Assembly (NCBI GenBank): GCA_018400815.1 | Contig: JAGYLS010000002.1 | Coordinates: 1 to 54,866, forward strand | Source: Candidatus Oleincola secundus | Lineage (GTDB): Bacteria; Atribacterota; Phoenicimicrobiia; Phoenicimicrobiales; Stramentimicrobiaceae | Direction of reading: 5' to 3' | DNA length: 54,866 nucleotides | Shown here: positions 8,700 through 18,902 of the stretch, one piece after another | Layout of the letters: each line of letters starts with the position of its first letter | Position numbering within the stretch: the first letter of the stretch is position 1 | Notes under the pieces: model-generated | The model's input: the letters and a program-made list of their open reading frames with translations, nothing else | Told to the model about the DNA's origin: nothing | Database searches by the model: none | Program-made: the position numbers and the translations under genes

Positions 8700-9116
8700 T
8701 CAAACTAATTCTTTTCCACTAGTAGCCATGGCCAGATTACCGTATTTCACACCCTTGACTGCCTTTAATTTGCTGGCAAGCTGATCTAAAAAATGGGCCT
8801 TCCCATGTACAATAATTACTTCCAGACAATTATCATGATCCAGATGGATATGTTGCGTCGATATAATTATATTGTGATATTCATGTTGCAAAGCAGTTAA
8901 TTTTTGAACTAATCCCCGTTTATGATGATCATAAACCAGGGTTATGGTACCGGCAACCTTTTCGTTCTTTTGCCACTCCTCTACTACAAGATCTTCCCTT
9001 ATCAAATCCCGTAAGGCTTCAGAGCGATTCTTGTATCTTTGCTCATTAATGCGATAATCAAATCTTCTCAGCAGCTCTTTTTCCAGAGAAACACTAAATC
9101 GAACTAAGTGTGACAT
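8700..9116 (-). CDS. nikR: Nickel-responsive regulator NikR (ribbon-helix-helix)
   Basis: 138 aa. N-terminal RHH (VRFSVSLEKELLRRFD) and C-terminal ACT-like metal-binding domain with HHxH..H..C pattern (DHHKRG...HEYH...HIHLDHDNCLE). Confidence 0.8.
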   Translation of the reverse strand: MSHLVRFSVSLEKELLRRFDYRINEQRYKNRSEALRDLIREDLVVEEWQKNEKVAGTITLVYDHHKRGLVQKLTALQHEYHNIIISTQHIHLDHDNCLEVIIVHGKAHFLDQLASKLKAVKGVKYGNLAMATSGKELV

Positions 9117-9135
9117 ATTCCACCTTTTAAATTAA

Positions 9136-9155
9136 TGATAACACTTTTATTATCA
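9136..9155. promoter_or_regulatory. Inverted repeat TGATAA-N8-TTATCA upstream of nikR (candidate autoregulatory operator)
   Basis: Perfect 6-bp arms at 9136-9141 and 9150-9155, 20-40 bp upstream of the nikR start. No experimental consensus was matched. Confidence 0.3.
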
Positions 9156-9204
9156 ATAATAACACCAGGATATGAGGCTGTCAAAATCATTAATCAGCTA
9201 TTCC

Positions 9205-9249
9205 AGGAAGAAAAAGAACTCTTCTAGATTTATTTCTAAAGAGTTCTTT
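9205..9249 (-). terminator. Intrinsic terminator after the 68-aa ORF
   Basis: aaagaactctt (9213-9223) pairs with aagagttcttt (9239-9249), an 11-bp stem followed on the minus strand by TTTTTCTT. Confidence 0.5.
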
Positions 9250-9317
9250 GGTATTTAAATATTTATATTTTTTAATCAAATGAGTAATTTTAGCCTTCAG
9301 TTAGAGAAAGATTATTT

Positions 9318-9524
9318 TTACTTTTCGAGTGTAATGCATTCTCTTGAAGTAATTTTTTTGGCATAACGTAATGCCTTTTTCTCAGTAGAGAAACTTCTGT
9401 CACCTATTTTAATCGGCGGAGATATTATCTTACCATTATAAGTCTGATAACCATATTCTACCAGGTACTCTCCTTGATTCTCTGATATCTCACAGTAATC
9501 GTAGCTATTTTTCATAATATTCAT
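9318..9524 (-). CDS. Hypothetical small protein
   Basis: 68-aa ORF in the same orientation and closely spaced with the upstream lipoprotein gene. No motif recognised. Confidence 0.4.
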   Translation of the reverse strand: MNIMKNSYDYCEISENQGEYLVEYGYQTYNGKIISPPIKIGDRSFSTEKKALRYAKKITSRECITLEK

Positions 9525-9560
9525 TTTGATACCTCTTATTTATTTTGTACTGGTTTATTT

Positions 9561-10193
9561 CTATACATAACTGGGAGTGATAACAATTGTCATACAATAT
9601 TTTTGATTTGCTGTTAAATTTAAATTCATAAATTCCTGATAAGACATAGTATAACCTTTCCCAATAGTTGGATCATTACTGATTAATTCTTTTTTCTCAG
9701 AATCAAAACCGGTAATAACCCGGGCATGAGCCAGTGGATTAGTCTCCTTATATTCCTGTATTACTATTAATGGAATATTATTGTATAAATATTCTTCAAT
9801 CTCTTCCATTGTCAACACTGTGAATGATGCTTCAAATCCTAAATCTTTAGCAAATTTCACCATTTTATAGATATCTCCCAAACCATCGGGCTTAATTATT
9901 TTTTGCGCTAACTCCTGTTGACTTACTTGTATACCAAAAAAATCTAATGCCATTGAACCGGATGCCGGCAAGCACCAGTCAGTCCCTGCATACTTCTGAT
10001 ATGGCACTTCCAAATATATTGAACTTAACTTAGCTTTATCCTCAATCCCCGGTATTAAGCTATTAGTAAAGGTATTATCCTGTTGTTCGTTTGCTACTTC
10101 CGGTAGAACCCCGCTACAGGATGTTAGTAAGAAAACTGCACTGATGATTATCAGTATTTTGCTTGTATTAAGTAATTTTCCCCAAACTTTCAT
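9561..10193 (-). CDS. Lipoprotein with papain-like / Peptidase_C39-like domain
   Basis: 210 aa. Signal peptide with lipobox LLTSC. Candidate catalytic Cys in DWCLPASGSMAL and His in HARVITGFD. Confidence 0.6.
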   Translation of the reverse strand: MKVWGKLLNTSKILIIISAVFLLTSCSGVLPEVANEQQDNTFTNSLIPGIEDKAKLSSIYLEVPYQKYAGTDWCLPASGSMALDFFGIQVSQQELAQKIIKPDGLGDIYKMVKFAKDLGFEASFTVLTMEEIEEYLYNNIPLIVIQEYKETNPLAHARVITGFDSEKKELISNDPTIGKGYTMSYQEFMNLNLTANQKYCMTIVITPSYV

Positions 10194-10249
10194 AATATCT
10201 ACTCTCCTTGTTCTCAGCTGAAAAAGTACTCAAAGTTTGGGCTAAAATG

Positions 10250-10277
10250 AAAAAAGGTGGTAGCTTGGCAACCTTTG
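10250..10277 (-). terminator. Intrinsic terminator downstream of ddl
   Basis: Minus-strand read AAAGGTtgccaagctaccACCTTTTTTTC: 6-bp outer stem plus inner GC pairs, then a T-run. Confidence 0.45.
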
Positions 10278-10452
10278 TCTTTTGACTTTAGGTCCATAAC
10301 TTTGCGCCCTATTCTTTCGAATAGTTTGCCTTTTTCAACCTCTAACAATAATTATCTGTATCAATTTGTTATTTATCTGTCAATCTTCTTTTTCTGTTCT
10401 ACTATAGTTATTCCCCATTCAAGATTTTTTAGACAATAATCTAATAATTTTT

Positions 10453-11583
10453 TTATTCTAGAATCGTGGAAGGATAGTCTGTTTTATTAGACATCTTATC
10501 TTTAAATCTTTCCAGGGCTAATCCTATCAACCTATCAATTAATTCAGAAAATCCAATTCCACTTTTTTCCCATAATTTTGGATATACACTGGTACGAGTG
10601 AACCCTGGAATGGTATTAATCTCATTGAGATATACTTTATAGGTATTGTTATTTTTCTGAACAAAAAAATCAACCCGGGATAAGCCTGCGGCATCAATTG
10701 CCAGATAAGCTATTTTCGATATTCTTTGCACTTCCTTCGCAATACCATCTGGTATCCCAGCCGGAACAATTAACTTTGTGTTTTTATCAATATATTTGGA
10801 GTTGTAATCATAATATTCTCCGGCAGGTTGAATTTCACCAACTATAGAAGTACTGGGTTCATCATTTCCGAGAACACTACACTCAACCTCTATAGCATTT
10901 TCCACTCCTTCTTCAATGATAATTTTACGATCATAAGAAGTAGCTACATTGATAGCATGCTCTAACTCCTGACTTTGCTGTACCTTACTAACACCAACGC
11001 TGGAACCAAGATTAGTAGGTTTAATAAAAATAGGATAGATCAATTGATTATTTATTTCATTCAATACTTTTTTCTTTTCCAAAATCCATCTTTTCCGTTT
11101 TATGGTAATCCACTTGGTCTGGGGAAGAGTGTTCTGCTGAAAAATCTTTTTCATCAAATCTTTATCCATTGCCACTGCAGAAGCAGCTACTCCGGAGCCC
11201 ACATATGGAATATTAATTAATTCCAGTAACCCTTGAACTGTACCATCCTCTCCATAAGGACCATGTAAAACCGGGAAGATAACATCCAATTTATCCACAA
11301 AAGAGTATTCATTATTTTCCTTGCTTATTACAATCAACTGCTTCTCATCTGAACCGCTCTTACAGGCAATCCTGCTCTTTCCTTCGATTTTACCGGTCTG
11401 CAGAGCAAGATAACTTTCTCTCGGTGATAACCAACAACCACTTTTAGTAATCCCGATGGGTACAACCTCATACTTTTCTCTATCCATGGCTTCTATAATA
11501 GAGGATGCTGAACAAAAAGAAACTTCATGTTCCCCTGATTTTCCTCCAAACAATATCCCTACTTTTAGCTTTCTCTTATTCAT
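10453..11583 (-). CDS. ddl: D-alanine--D-alanine ligase
   Basis: 376 aa. LFGGKSGEHEVS, HGPYGEDGTVQGLLE, ATP-grasp core and EINTIPGFT. Confidence 0.9.
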   Translation of the reverse strand: MNKRKLKVGILFGGKSGEHEVSFCSASSIIEAMDREKYEVVPIGITKSGCWLSPRESYLALQTGKIEGKSRIACKSGSDEKQLIVISKENNEYSFVDKLDVIFPVLHGPYGEDGTVQGLLELINIPYVGSGVAASAVAMDKDLMKKIFQQNTLPQTKWITIKRKRWILEKKKVLNEINNQLIYPIFIKPTNLGSSVGVSKVQQSQELEHAINVATSYDRKIIIEEGVENAIEVECSVLGNDEPSTSIVGEIQPAGEYYDYNSKYIDKNTKLIVPAGIPDGIAKEVQRISKIAYLAIDAAGLSRVDFFVQKNNNTYKVYLNEINTIPGFTRTSVYPKLWEKSGIGFSELIDRLIGLALERFKDKMSNKTDYPSTILE

Positions 11584-11662
11584 TTTATTCTCACTTTCTA
11601 AAGATTTTACTGATAAAAAATTTTATTCACCATCACCATGCATTAGAGCAATAAGAGTTATT

Positions 11663-12997
11663 CTACTTGGATTTTTCCGACAATTTTTTTTCTCTTAAAT
11701 ACATTTTTCTTTTAACTTCTTTCTCAAAACCCCGTTCAGTTGGAAAATAATATTTCTTGCCCTTCAGTTGATCCGGGAGATGCTGCTGTTGAACCAGGGC
11801 ATCCTGAAAATCATGGGCATATTGATAATCCTTGCCGTAATTCATTTCTTTCATCATTCTGGTCGGGGCATTACGAATAACCTTCGGTACCGGTAAATGA
11901 CCATATTTTTTGATATCCTTTCCGGCTATCTGTCTACCTTTATACAATGCATTGCTTTTGGGTGCATTAGCCAGATAGGTAGCAGCCTGAATAAGTGCTA
12001 GGTCTCCTTCCGGCATACCCAAAAAATGAACTGCCTGCATTGCCGAAACAGCAATTGATAATGCGGACGGATCTGCATTCCCCACATCTTCAGAAGCAAA
12101 TCTAATGAGCCTCCGGGCAATATAAAGTGGATTTTCACCTGCCTCTATCATACGGGTTACCCAATATAGTGCAGCATCTGAATCCGAATCACGCATACTT
12201 TTATGCAAGGCAGAAATAATATTATAGTGTTCTTCACCACTTTTGTCATAACGGAGGCTAGTTTTCTGGACAATTTCCTGTACTAGTTTTTTATCTATCT
12301 TGATAATTCCTTCGGAATCAGGGGATTTCGCCATAGCTGCAAACTCCAGAATATTTAAGGCTATACGGCCATCCCCATAAGAAAGCTGAATAATAAACTT
12401 AATTACCTCATCATCAATCTCTATTGACAAATCACCCAACCCGTTTTTTTTGTCTTTTAAGGCATTCCGGATAATATGATAAAGGTTTTCCTTAGACAGG
12501 GATTCCAGTACATAAACATGGGAACGGGATAACAGGGGAGAAATTACTTCAAAAGAAGGATTTTCGGTGGTTGCACCAATCAAGATAATGGTTCCATCTT
12601 CCACATAAGGGAGAAAAGCATTTTGCTGTGTTTTATTAAATCGGTGGATTTCATCCACAAAAAGAATAGTCTTCTGTTGATGATAAGTCCAGCGTTGATG
12701 AATATCCGAAATCATCTTTTTCAAGTCCGGAATACCTGAGGTTACGGCACTGAATTGCACAAAATTACTTTTAGTCATCCGGGCAATAATCATAGCAAGC
12801 GTTGTTTTGCCAGAACCTGGTGGTCCCCAGAGTATGATTGACTGTAATTGGTCTTTTTCAATAGCCATGCGTAGGGGTTTCCCTTTACCAATTATCTTTT
12901 CCTGCCCGATAAATTCATCCAAACTCTTCGGCCGTATCCGATCTGCCAATGGTGATGATTTTGCTGTTTTTTTTTCTTGCTGATGAAAAAGGTCCAT
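11663..12997 (-). CDS. rarA: Replication-associated recombination protein A (AAA+ ATPase)
   Basis: 444 aa. Walker A GPPGSGKTT, Walker B FVDEIHRFNK, and the MgsA C-terminal domain (HYNIISALHKSMRDSD, YIARRL). Confidence 0.9.
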   Translation of the reverse strand: MDLFHQQEKKTAKSSPLADRIRPKSLDEFIGQEKIIGKGKPLRMAIEKDQLQSIILWGPPGSGKTTLAMIIARMTKSNFVQFSAVTSGIPDLKKMISDIHQRWTYHQQKTILFVDEIHRFNKTQQNAFLPYVEDGTIILIGATTENPSFEVISPLLSRSHVYVLESLSKENLYHIIRNALKDKKNGLGDLSIEIDDEVIKFIIQLSYGDGRIALNILEFAAMAKSPDSEGIIKIDKKLVQEIVQKTSLRYDKSGEEHYNIISALHKSMRDSDSDAALYWVTRMIEAGENPLYIARRLIRFASEDVGNADPSALSIAVSAMQAVHFLGMPEGDLALIQAATYLANAPKSNALYKGRQIAGKDIKKYGHLPVPKVIRNAPTRMMKEMNYGKDYQYAHDFQDALVQQQHLPDQLKGKKYYFPTERGFEKEVKRKMYLREKKLSEKSK

Positions 12998-13199
12998 TAT
13001 TTTTCCCTCAGATATTCTTATTTAATTATCTTATCATTTTTTAATCATTTTTAAAACAACCACAATTATTACTCAATAATTAAACTATATAAAAGATTTT
13101 GCTATCTCAGGCAATTCGATTATAATATATTTATATATTTATTCAATAGATTTCCTGGTCTTTTTATAATGAACTATGATTAATGATTAAAGAGGTATT

Positions 13200-14849
13200 A
13201 TGAAAAATCAATCTATTCGTATTGCCTGCCTTCAACTAGAGGCAATGCCATACCAAAAACACTCAGAAAACAAAGAAAAAATATTGAGGTTAATCAAACA
13301 GGCATCAGAATCTAAAGCTAAATTAATAGTTCTTCCAGAATGTGTATATCCTTGTTACTTTTTAGCACCACATATTATTGATAGTCACACTGAGCTTTCT
13401 TCTTTAACAACGCAATTCTTAGCTGAAATCAAGATTTATGCAAAAAAATACCAAGTTTTTATCGCCATTGGTTTACCGGAATACAATAAAGAAAAAAATG
13501 CATTATACAATTCAGCTTACCTTATTGATGACAATGGTGAAATAATAGGCATAACAAGGAAATCGTTCTTGTGGCATTTTGATAACATCTGGTTTCAGAG
13601 TGCAAGTCAATATCCCGTTTTTGATACTAAAATCGGGAAAATTGGCATTTTTATATGTGCTGATGGCAGAGTTCCTGAGATTGTTCGTTGTCTGGCATTG
13701 CAAGGTGCAGAAATATTGCTGGATCTTACAAATCTGGTTACTAATGGTCTGGAAAAAGAAAGCTGGTCTAATCCTCAAATTGATTATATGCTTCCGACCA
13801 GAGCATTGGAAAACAAGGTATGGATTGTTGCCGCAAATAAAGTAGGAATTGAAGAAAAATCGATTCAATATTGTGGGAAAAGCTCATTTTTCTCACCGGA
13901 AGGCGAAACAGTTACCATGGCTTCCACTGACCGGGAAGAAATATTAATAGAAGATATTAATCCTGCCCAATCCCATAATAAAGAGATAGCAAGTTTGGTA
14001 AATATTTTCGAAGACAGGCATCCTGAACTATACAGTACTTTGACTTCACCCACACTAGAATTACCAATTATAAATAATCAGGATAAAGTCACTAATAATG
14101 TTGAGCAATCTCCTTTTGCTTCCATAATTCAAACAGAAGATACTGCAGATATTTATGTTTACTCACAAAAATTAGAATATTTTTTCCAAACGCTTCAAAA
14201 ACAAGAGGTTAATATTTTTTGTTTTTCTGAAAATAACACTATAACTAACAATCAAAATACACTTGTTTTAAATTTGCTGAAAGATTTAACAAAAAATAAA
14301 CTAGCCTTGTGCTCTATTGTCTTGAATGAAGCCGAAGGAACTAATAAATACAAAACCATTTTTCTAATCCAATCTGGAGAAATAATTGGGAAATATAGAA
14401 AAACTCATCTTGAACTACCTGAAAAAAACAAGATAAACCCAGGAAAAGATGACTTTCCTGTTTATAATACTAATTTTGGTACTATCGGAATGATGTTGGA
14501 TTATGAAGGATATTTCCCGGAAATTGCTAGAATATTAACCTTAAAAGGGGCTCAAATTATTATTTGGCCTTGTCAGTTCTCCCGGGATGAGCAATTAAAA
14601 ATATGCCAGACAAGAAGTGCTGAAAATAAAATTTTTATTGTTTGCCCGAATTCCATAGATGGAAATTTTAATGGACATAGCCTGATTTCCAACCCAAATG
14701 GGCAGATTATTGCCGGCTGTCTGGAAAATTTAGAAATGGCGTCCATGTCTAAAATATCAATCAATCTCGCTAGGGATAAAATGATAGTTCCTTTCACGAA
14801 TGCTATACTCAATCGACAACCAGTATCTTATCAATTATTGACCTCTTAG
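13200..14849 (+). CDS. Fused tandem carbon-nitrogen hydrolase (nitrilase superfamily) protein
   Basis: 549 aa with two CN-hydrolase folds. Domain 1 has the E-K-C triad (LPEC, RKSFLW, FICADG). Domain 2 keeps E and K (FSEN, YRKTHL) but has Asp at the Cys position (GMMLDYEGYFPE). Confidence 0.8.
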   Translation: MKNQSIRIACLQLEAMPYQKHSENKEKILRLIKQASESKAKLIVLPECVYPCYFLAPHIIDSHTELSSLTTQFLAEIKIYAKKYQVFIAIGLPEYNKEKNALYNSAYLIDDNGEIIGITRKSFLWHFDNIWFQSASQYPVFDTKIGKIGIFICADGRVPEIVRCLALQGAEILLDLTNLVTNGLEKESWSNPQIDYMLPTRALENKVWIVAANKVGIEEKSIQYCGKSSFFSPEGETVTMASTDREEILIEDINPAQSHNKEIASLVNIFEDRHPELYSTLTSPTLELPIINNQDKVTNNVEQSPFASIIQTEDTADIYVYSQKLEYFFQTLQKQEVNIFCFSENNTITNNQNTLVLNLLKDLTKNKLALCSIVLNEAEGTNKYKTIFLIQSGEIIGKYRKTHLELPEKNKINPGKDDFPVYNTNFGTIGMMLDYEGYFPEIARILTLKGAQIIIWPCQFSRDEQLKICQTRSAENKIFIVCPNSIDGNFNGHSLISNPNGQIIAGCLENLEMASMSKISINLARDKMIVPFTNAILNRQPVSYQLLTS

Positions 14850-14949
14850 AAAAATATTGAATTAATAAAAAATAATTGTTATAGTTTTCATATTTCATTA
14901 ATTTGAAAAAAAGAAGTTTATAATTTGCATAATATAAAAGGAATAAGGA

Positions 14950-15852
14950 TTGAAAACCGAACTTATTATCAACCAGACGGCTGGTGGCGGAAAGCCTGAG
15001 AAATTAGTACCAAAAATTTTTAATATTTTTGATTCAATGAATTTTTCGTATCATACCAGTTGGACAACCTCTTTAGGTGGGGCAACTGATTTGGCTCGTC
15101 AGGCCGCAGATAATGGAACTGAACTTATTGTCTCAGTTGGTGGTGATGGAACTATAAATGAAATCATTAACGGAATTCTCACTGCTAAGAACCAACCATC
15201 TCTGGGAATAATCGCAGCTGGCTGGGCTAATGATTTTATTAAAAGTACTTCCATACCTAACGATATCTACCAAGCTTGCCAGGTAATAAAAGAAGGCAAA
15301 ACAAAAAAAATAGATTTAGGGTTAATTAATCAGCAAACATACTTTGCAAATGTCTGTGGTATAGGATTTGATGCTGAAATAACCGCATTGGCAAACCAGA
15401 TAAAAACAGATCATCCTAACTGGAAATCATTGAGTGCCTATGTTTATGTTTTTGCTGCCATTAAGAAATTATTATCTCCTATCCCTTCGACCCAGTTAAA
15501 AATTACTATTGATAATCAGGTAATTGAAAAAGAAGTTTTATTTCTAGCGATAGGTAATGGAAGGGTGGAAGGGGGTAAATTTAATATTGCCCCTGACGCA
15601 AAAATAGATGATGGTCTTTTGGATATTTGGATTATTCAAAAAATGACCAGGACACGTTGTTTAAGGCTTTTACCAAAAGCAATAAAAGGCACTCACAACG
15701 ATGTGCCGGAAGTTAGTTTTTTCCGCGGTAAAAATATATTAATAGAAGCTTCTGAACCTATTACTGCCCAAGTTGCCGGCGAAATACTCATACCACAGAA
15801 AAAATACCAGATAGAACTCCTACCAAAAAAGCTTGATTTATTAATACCATAA
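14950..15852 (+). CDS. Diacylglycerol-kinase-family lipid kinase (YegS/BmrU type)
   Basis: 300 aa with the GGDGTINEIINGI catalytic-domain motif. TTG start. Confidence 0.8.
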   Translation: MKTELIINQTAGGGKPEKLVPKIFNIFDSMNFSYHTSWTTSLGGATDLARQAADNGTELIVSVGGDGTINEIINGILTAKNQPSLGIIAAGWANDFIKSTSIPNDIYQACQVIKEGKTKKIDLGLINQQTYFANVCGIGFDAEITALANQIKTDHPNWKSLSAYVYVFAAIKKLLSPIPSTQLKITIDNQVIEKEVLFLAIGNGRVEGGKFNIAPDAKIDDGLLDIWIIQKMTRTRCLRLLPKAIKGTHNDVPEVSFFRGKNILIEASEPITAQVAGEILIPQKKYQIELLPKKLDLLIP

Positions 15853-15882
15853 TAGCAAACATACTTTCGTATATTTCCGGAG

Positions 15883-16833
15883 CTAGACAATCCTAAGAGC
15901 AAAAACAGGACATTGTGGTACACAGTAACCACAGGTAATACATAAGTTATAGTCTACACAAGCCTTGCCATTCCTTATAGATAAGGCACCGTTCGGACAT
16001 GCTTCAACACAGGTTCCACAACCTTCACAGAAACGAGAAATAAAAAGTCTTTTTCTTTGAACTTTAGTTTGGTCCAGTTCTTCCTGATTCAATTTCTTAT
16101 TTTCAAAAATTTTAAGATTCATTGTCAATTCACTGGAGTTAATCATACCAACAGCTGTGGAATCAATTTCCTTAATTTCTCTAACATAATTGATTGACTC
16201 TTCTATATGTTTTATTAAATAGCCACCGGCAAGTGCCTTCATAGCATAAAGACCTTTCCCCGCTTTATGTGCTTTTTTGATAGCTTTAATCATATCTTCA
16301 GGAGTTCCACCGATAATACCTAATCCCACTTTATTGATAATGGGAAATACTACATCTACTTCCTCAACATCTGCAGCTTTTTCTACCACCTCTACAGCAT
16401 GTGTTGAAATACCAACTGCCCTGATAACTCCTTCCTTTTTTAAATCTATAAGACATGATAAAGCTCCGGCTCTTTTCTGAAAAACATTTTTATCTTCCCT
16501 TGGAGCATGCAAATGAAAGATGTCAATATAATCACGATTCATTTCTCGACAAGCTTCAAATACTGCTTCCTTCATTTCATCATATCCGGTAGCATGTGAT
16601 TTACTTGCTATAATTACTTCTCCTGAATAATCTTTTAAAGCTTCCTTGATATGGGGATAAGTCTTATATGCCTGTGCAGTATCTAAAAAGTTAATACCGG
16701 AATTTAAGCCTTGTAAAATAACTTTGGCTCCCTCTTTTGCCGGTATGTCAGCCTGAAGAGGGCCCATCGGTAAAACACCAAAACATAATTCGCTGATCTT
16801 AATTCCTGAGTCCCCTAATATACTATATTTCAT
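15883..16833 (-). CDS. Aldo/keto reductase fused to a C-terminal 2x[4Fe-4S] ferredoxin domain
   Basis: 316 aa. AKR N-terminus (LGDSGIKISELCFG, DTAQAY), and C-terminal CEGCGTCVEACP plus CITCGYCVPQCP. Confidence 0.8.
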   Translation of the reverse strand: MKYSILGDSGIKISELCFGVLPMGPLQADIPAKEGAKVILQGLNSGINFLDTAQAYKTYPHIKEALKDYSGEVIIASKSHATGYDEMKEAVFEACREMNRDYIDIFHLHAPREDKNVFQKRAGALSCLIDLKKEGVIRAVGISTHAVEVVEKAADVEEVDVVFPIINKVGLGIIGGTPEDMIKAIKKAHKAGKGLYAMKALAGGYLIKHIEESINYVREIKEIDSTAVGMINSSELTMNLKIFENKKLNQEELDQTKVQRKRLFISRFCEGCGTCVEACPNGALSIRNGKACVDYNLCITCGYCVPQCPVFALRIV

Positions 16834-17023
16834 CTCTTGCTCCTTTTGTAATTTTTCTTTACTAATTCTGAAGTTCTTACATCAAATATAGATCAAATAA
16901 TTTTTTTACTGCACTTATATTAATAATAACAGATTTTTTATTTGCTGTGAATTTTTCTAATCATTGATTTAGAAAGCTCTGGGTAATTTTAGAGCTTATA
17001 AATTAGAACTTAGGATATAATAA

Positions 17024-18469
17024 CTATTTTTTCCAGAATTCAGGCACAACTAGAATTAATACCGTATATATCTCTAATCGACCCAAAAGCATACAGATGC
17101 ATAAAATTATTTTTCCGATATCAGGAATAAAAGCATAATTTTGCGAGGGGCCCACTAATCCAAGACCAGGACCAACATTGCCTAAAGTTGCGGCTACTGA
17201 TGATAATGCACTGGTCATATCTAAGCCCAGCGAGGTCATAATCAGAGTACCAATAACAAATATAATCATATACAACATAAAAAAAGAGGTAATATTATTG
17301 ACAACTTCATCAGAGATTTTTTTATCTCCCACATGTATGGGTGTAATGGCATGAGGATGGAGAATTTTTTGAAATTCGCGGCTGGCCTTCTTTAAAAGAA
17401 TTAAAATACGTATATTTTTAATAGCTCCACCGGTAGAACCGGCACAACCACCGATAAACATTAATACTAATAAAATATTTTTGGATAAGTCTGGCCATTG
17501 GTCGTAATCAGCTGTAACAAATCCTGTTGTAGTTGTAATCGAAACCACCTGGAAAGATGCATAACGAATTGCTGCAAATATAGTATTGTAAACATAGATA
17601 CGTAACTGTGTTGCGATTATTAGGGTTGAAAGAAGAATAATACCTGTATAAAAGAGAAATTCTCTATCTTTCAGTAAACTTTTCAAGTCACCATGTAATA
17701 CTTTGTAGTGTAATGTAAAATTAGCACCGGCAATAAACATAAAAATAATGATAATAAGATCATAAGTAGGATTATTATAGTGGCCGACGCTAAGGTTCTT
17801 TGGAGTGAAACCACCTGTACACATTGTACCAAACATATGAGTAAGAGCATCATACAGGGACATTCCTGAAATATATAGACAAACAACTTGAAGAACTGAG
17901 ATAATAATATAAACCAGGTACAATAATTTTGCAGTTTCTTTGATACGTGGTTTTAGTTTATCAGGTTCAGGTCCGGGCACTTCTGATCTAAATAACTGCA
18001 TTCCCCCCACTCCCAGAGCCGGCAAGATAGCTATTACCAGAACAATAATTCCCATTCCACCCATCCATTGTATCTGATCTCTCCAGAAAAGAACAGACAG
18101 GGGATTACCTTCAATGGAGCTTAAAACAGTTGCCCCTGTGGTGGTAAAACCTGACATTGATTCAAAATAGGCATCAATAAAATTTGTGAAAGTGCCACTA
18201 AAGAGAAAAGGCAATGTGCCAAAACCAGCAGCCAGAATCCATCCCAGGGAAGCAATTACAAATCCTTCCTTTCTACCTATACCATTTTCAGGTGTAAAGG
18301 CGTATTGGAGCAATAATCCGGAAAGGGTTGTGATTATAATTGAGGCAACAAAAGCATAGACAATATCGCCTTCTTGATAGTAAATGGCATAAAACAATGG
18401 AAATACCATACTAATGCCTAAAAAAAGTATTAGACTGCCTAAAGTGTTGAGAACAACTTTAAACTTCAT
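17024..18469 (-). CDS. trkH: TrkH-family K+ uptake membrane subunit (paralogue 1)
   Basis: 481 aa, multi-TM, with repeated selectivity-filter-like TTTGAT / CTGGFT / TTTGF / NVGPGLG segments. Confidence 0.85.
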   Translation of the reverse strand: MKFKVVLNTLGSLILFLGISMVFPLFYAIYYQEGDIVYAFVASIIITTLSGLLLQYAFTPENGIGRKEGFVIASLGWILAAGFGTLPFLFSGTFTNFIDAYFESMSGFTTTGATVLSSIEGNPLSVLFWRDQIQWMGGMGIIVLVIAILPALGVGGMQLFRSEVPGPEPDKLKPRIKETAKLLYLVYIIISVLQVVCLYISGMSLYDALTHMFGTMCTGGFTPKNLSVGHYNNPTYDLIIIIFMFIAGANFTLHYKVLHGDLKSLLKDREFLFYTGIILLSTLIIATQLRIYVYNTIFAAIRYASFQVVSITTTTGFVTADYDQWPDLSKNILLVLMFIGGCAGSTGGAIKNIRILILLKKASREFQKILHPHAITPIHVGDKKISDEVVNNITSFFMLYMIIFVIGTLIMTSLGLDMTSALSSVAATLGNVGPGLGLVGPSQNYAFIPDIGKIILCICMLLGRLEIYTVLILVVPEFWKK

Positions 18470-18475
18470 ATAGAT

Positions 18476-18649
18476 TTATTTCTTCCTCCGATCATCAAAA
18501 AGTTGCTCTATTTTTTTTATTTCTGTTGTTTTGGTAAATATAAATACCTTATCATTCATAGTTACATCATGATTTTCTGCCGATAGTGTCTGGGCAATTT
18601 GGCTATCTACCTTGCCAGTGCCGATAATAATAACTTTCACAGTATTCAC
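18476..18649 (-). pseudogene. Relic of trkA/ktrA (only the first ~30 residues of the RCK Rossmann fold remain)
   Basis: Own translation: (V)NTVKVIIIGTGKVDSQIAQTLSAENHDVTMNDKVFIFTKTTEIKKIEQLFDDRRKK*. It matches the GxGxxG beta1-alphaA-beta2 of TrkA up to HDVT, then diverges and stops 6 nt before trkH. The likely start is the GTG at 18640, preceded by AAGGTG. Confidence 0.55.
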
Positions 18650-18713
18650 ACCTTAATATTTATAACCTATAAACTTCAATCTAAGATCTTGTGCTGGATG
18701 AGAAATTCTTATT

Positions 18714-18750
18714 AAAGTAAAAATGAGAAACTCTTTTCAAGTTTCTCATC
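18714..18750 (-). terminator. Hairpin plus U-tract inside the trkA'-trkH leader (attenuator or terminator)
   Basis: Minus-strand read GATGAGAAACTtgaaaagAGTTTCTCATTTTTAC. A second TTTCTCATC 20 nt downstream (18697-18709) could pair with the same 5' arm. Confidence 0.5.
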
Positions 18751-18902
18751 GTTATTATTATTTAAAAATATTTTTTAATGTATAAGGCAATACAGTCTTT
18801 ATATATTTTTAAACTGTTTGGTTTTGGGTATAAATAAAAATGGATTACTTTATCCACAATCATCCCCTTTGTTACAATCAATACGCTCTTACTATCGAGG
18901 GC

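Noticed and set aside
18650-18900. c-di-AMP (ydaO/kimA-type) riboswitch in the trk leader, and likewise upstream of the opu operon (34458-34909)
   Set aside because: I could not find the GC-rich conserved cores (ACGGGGA / CCCG-type pseudo-symmetric helices). The leaders are almost entirely A/T. This still needs cmsearch to exclude formally.
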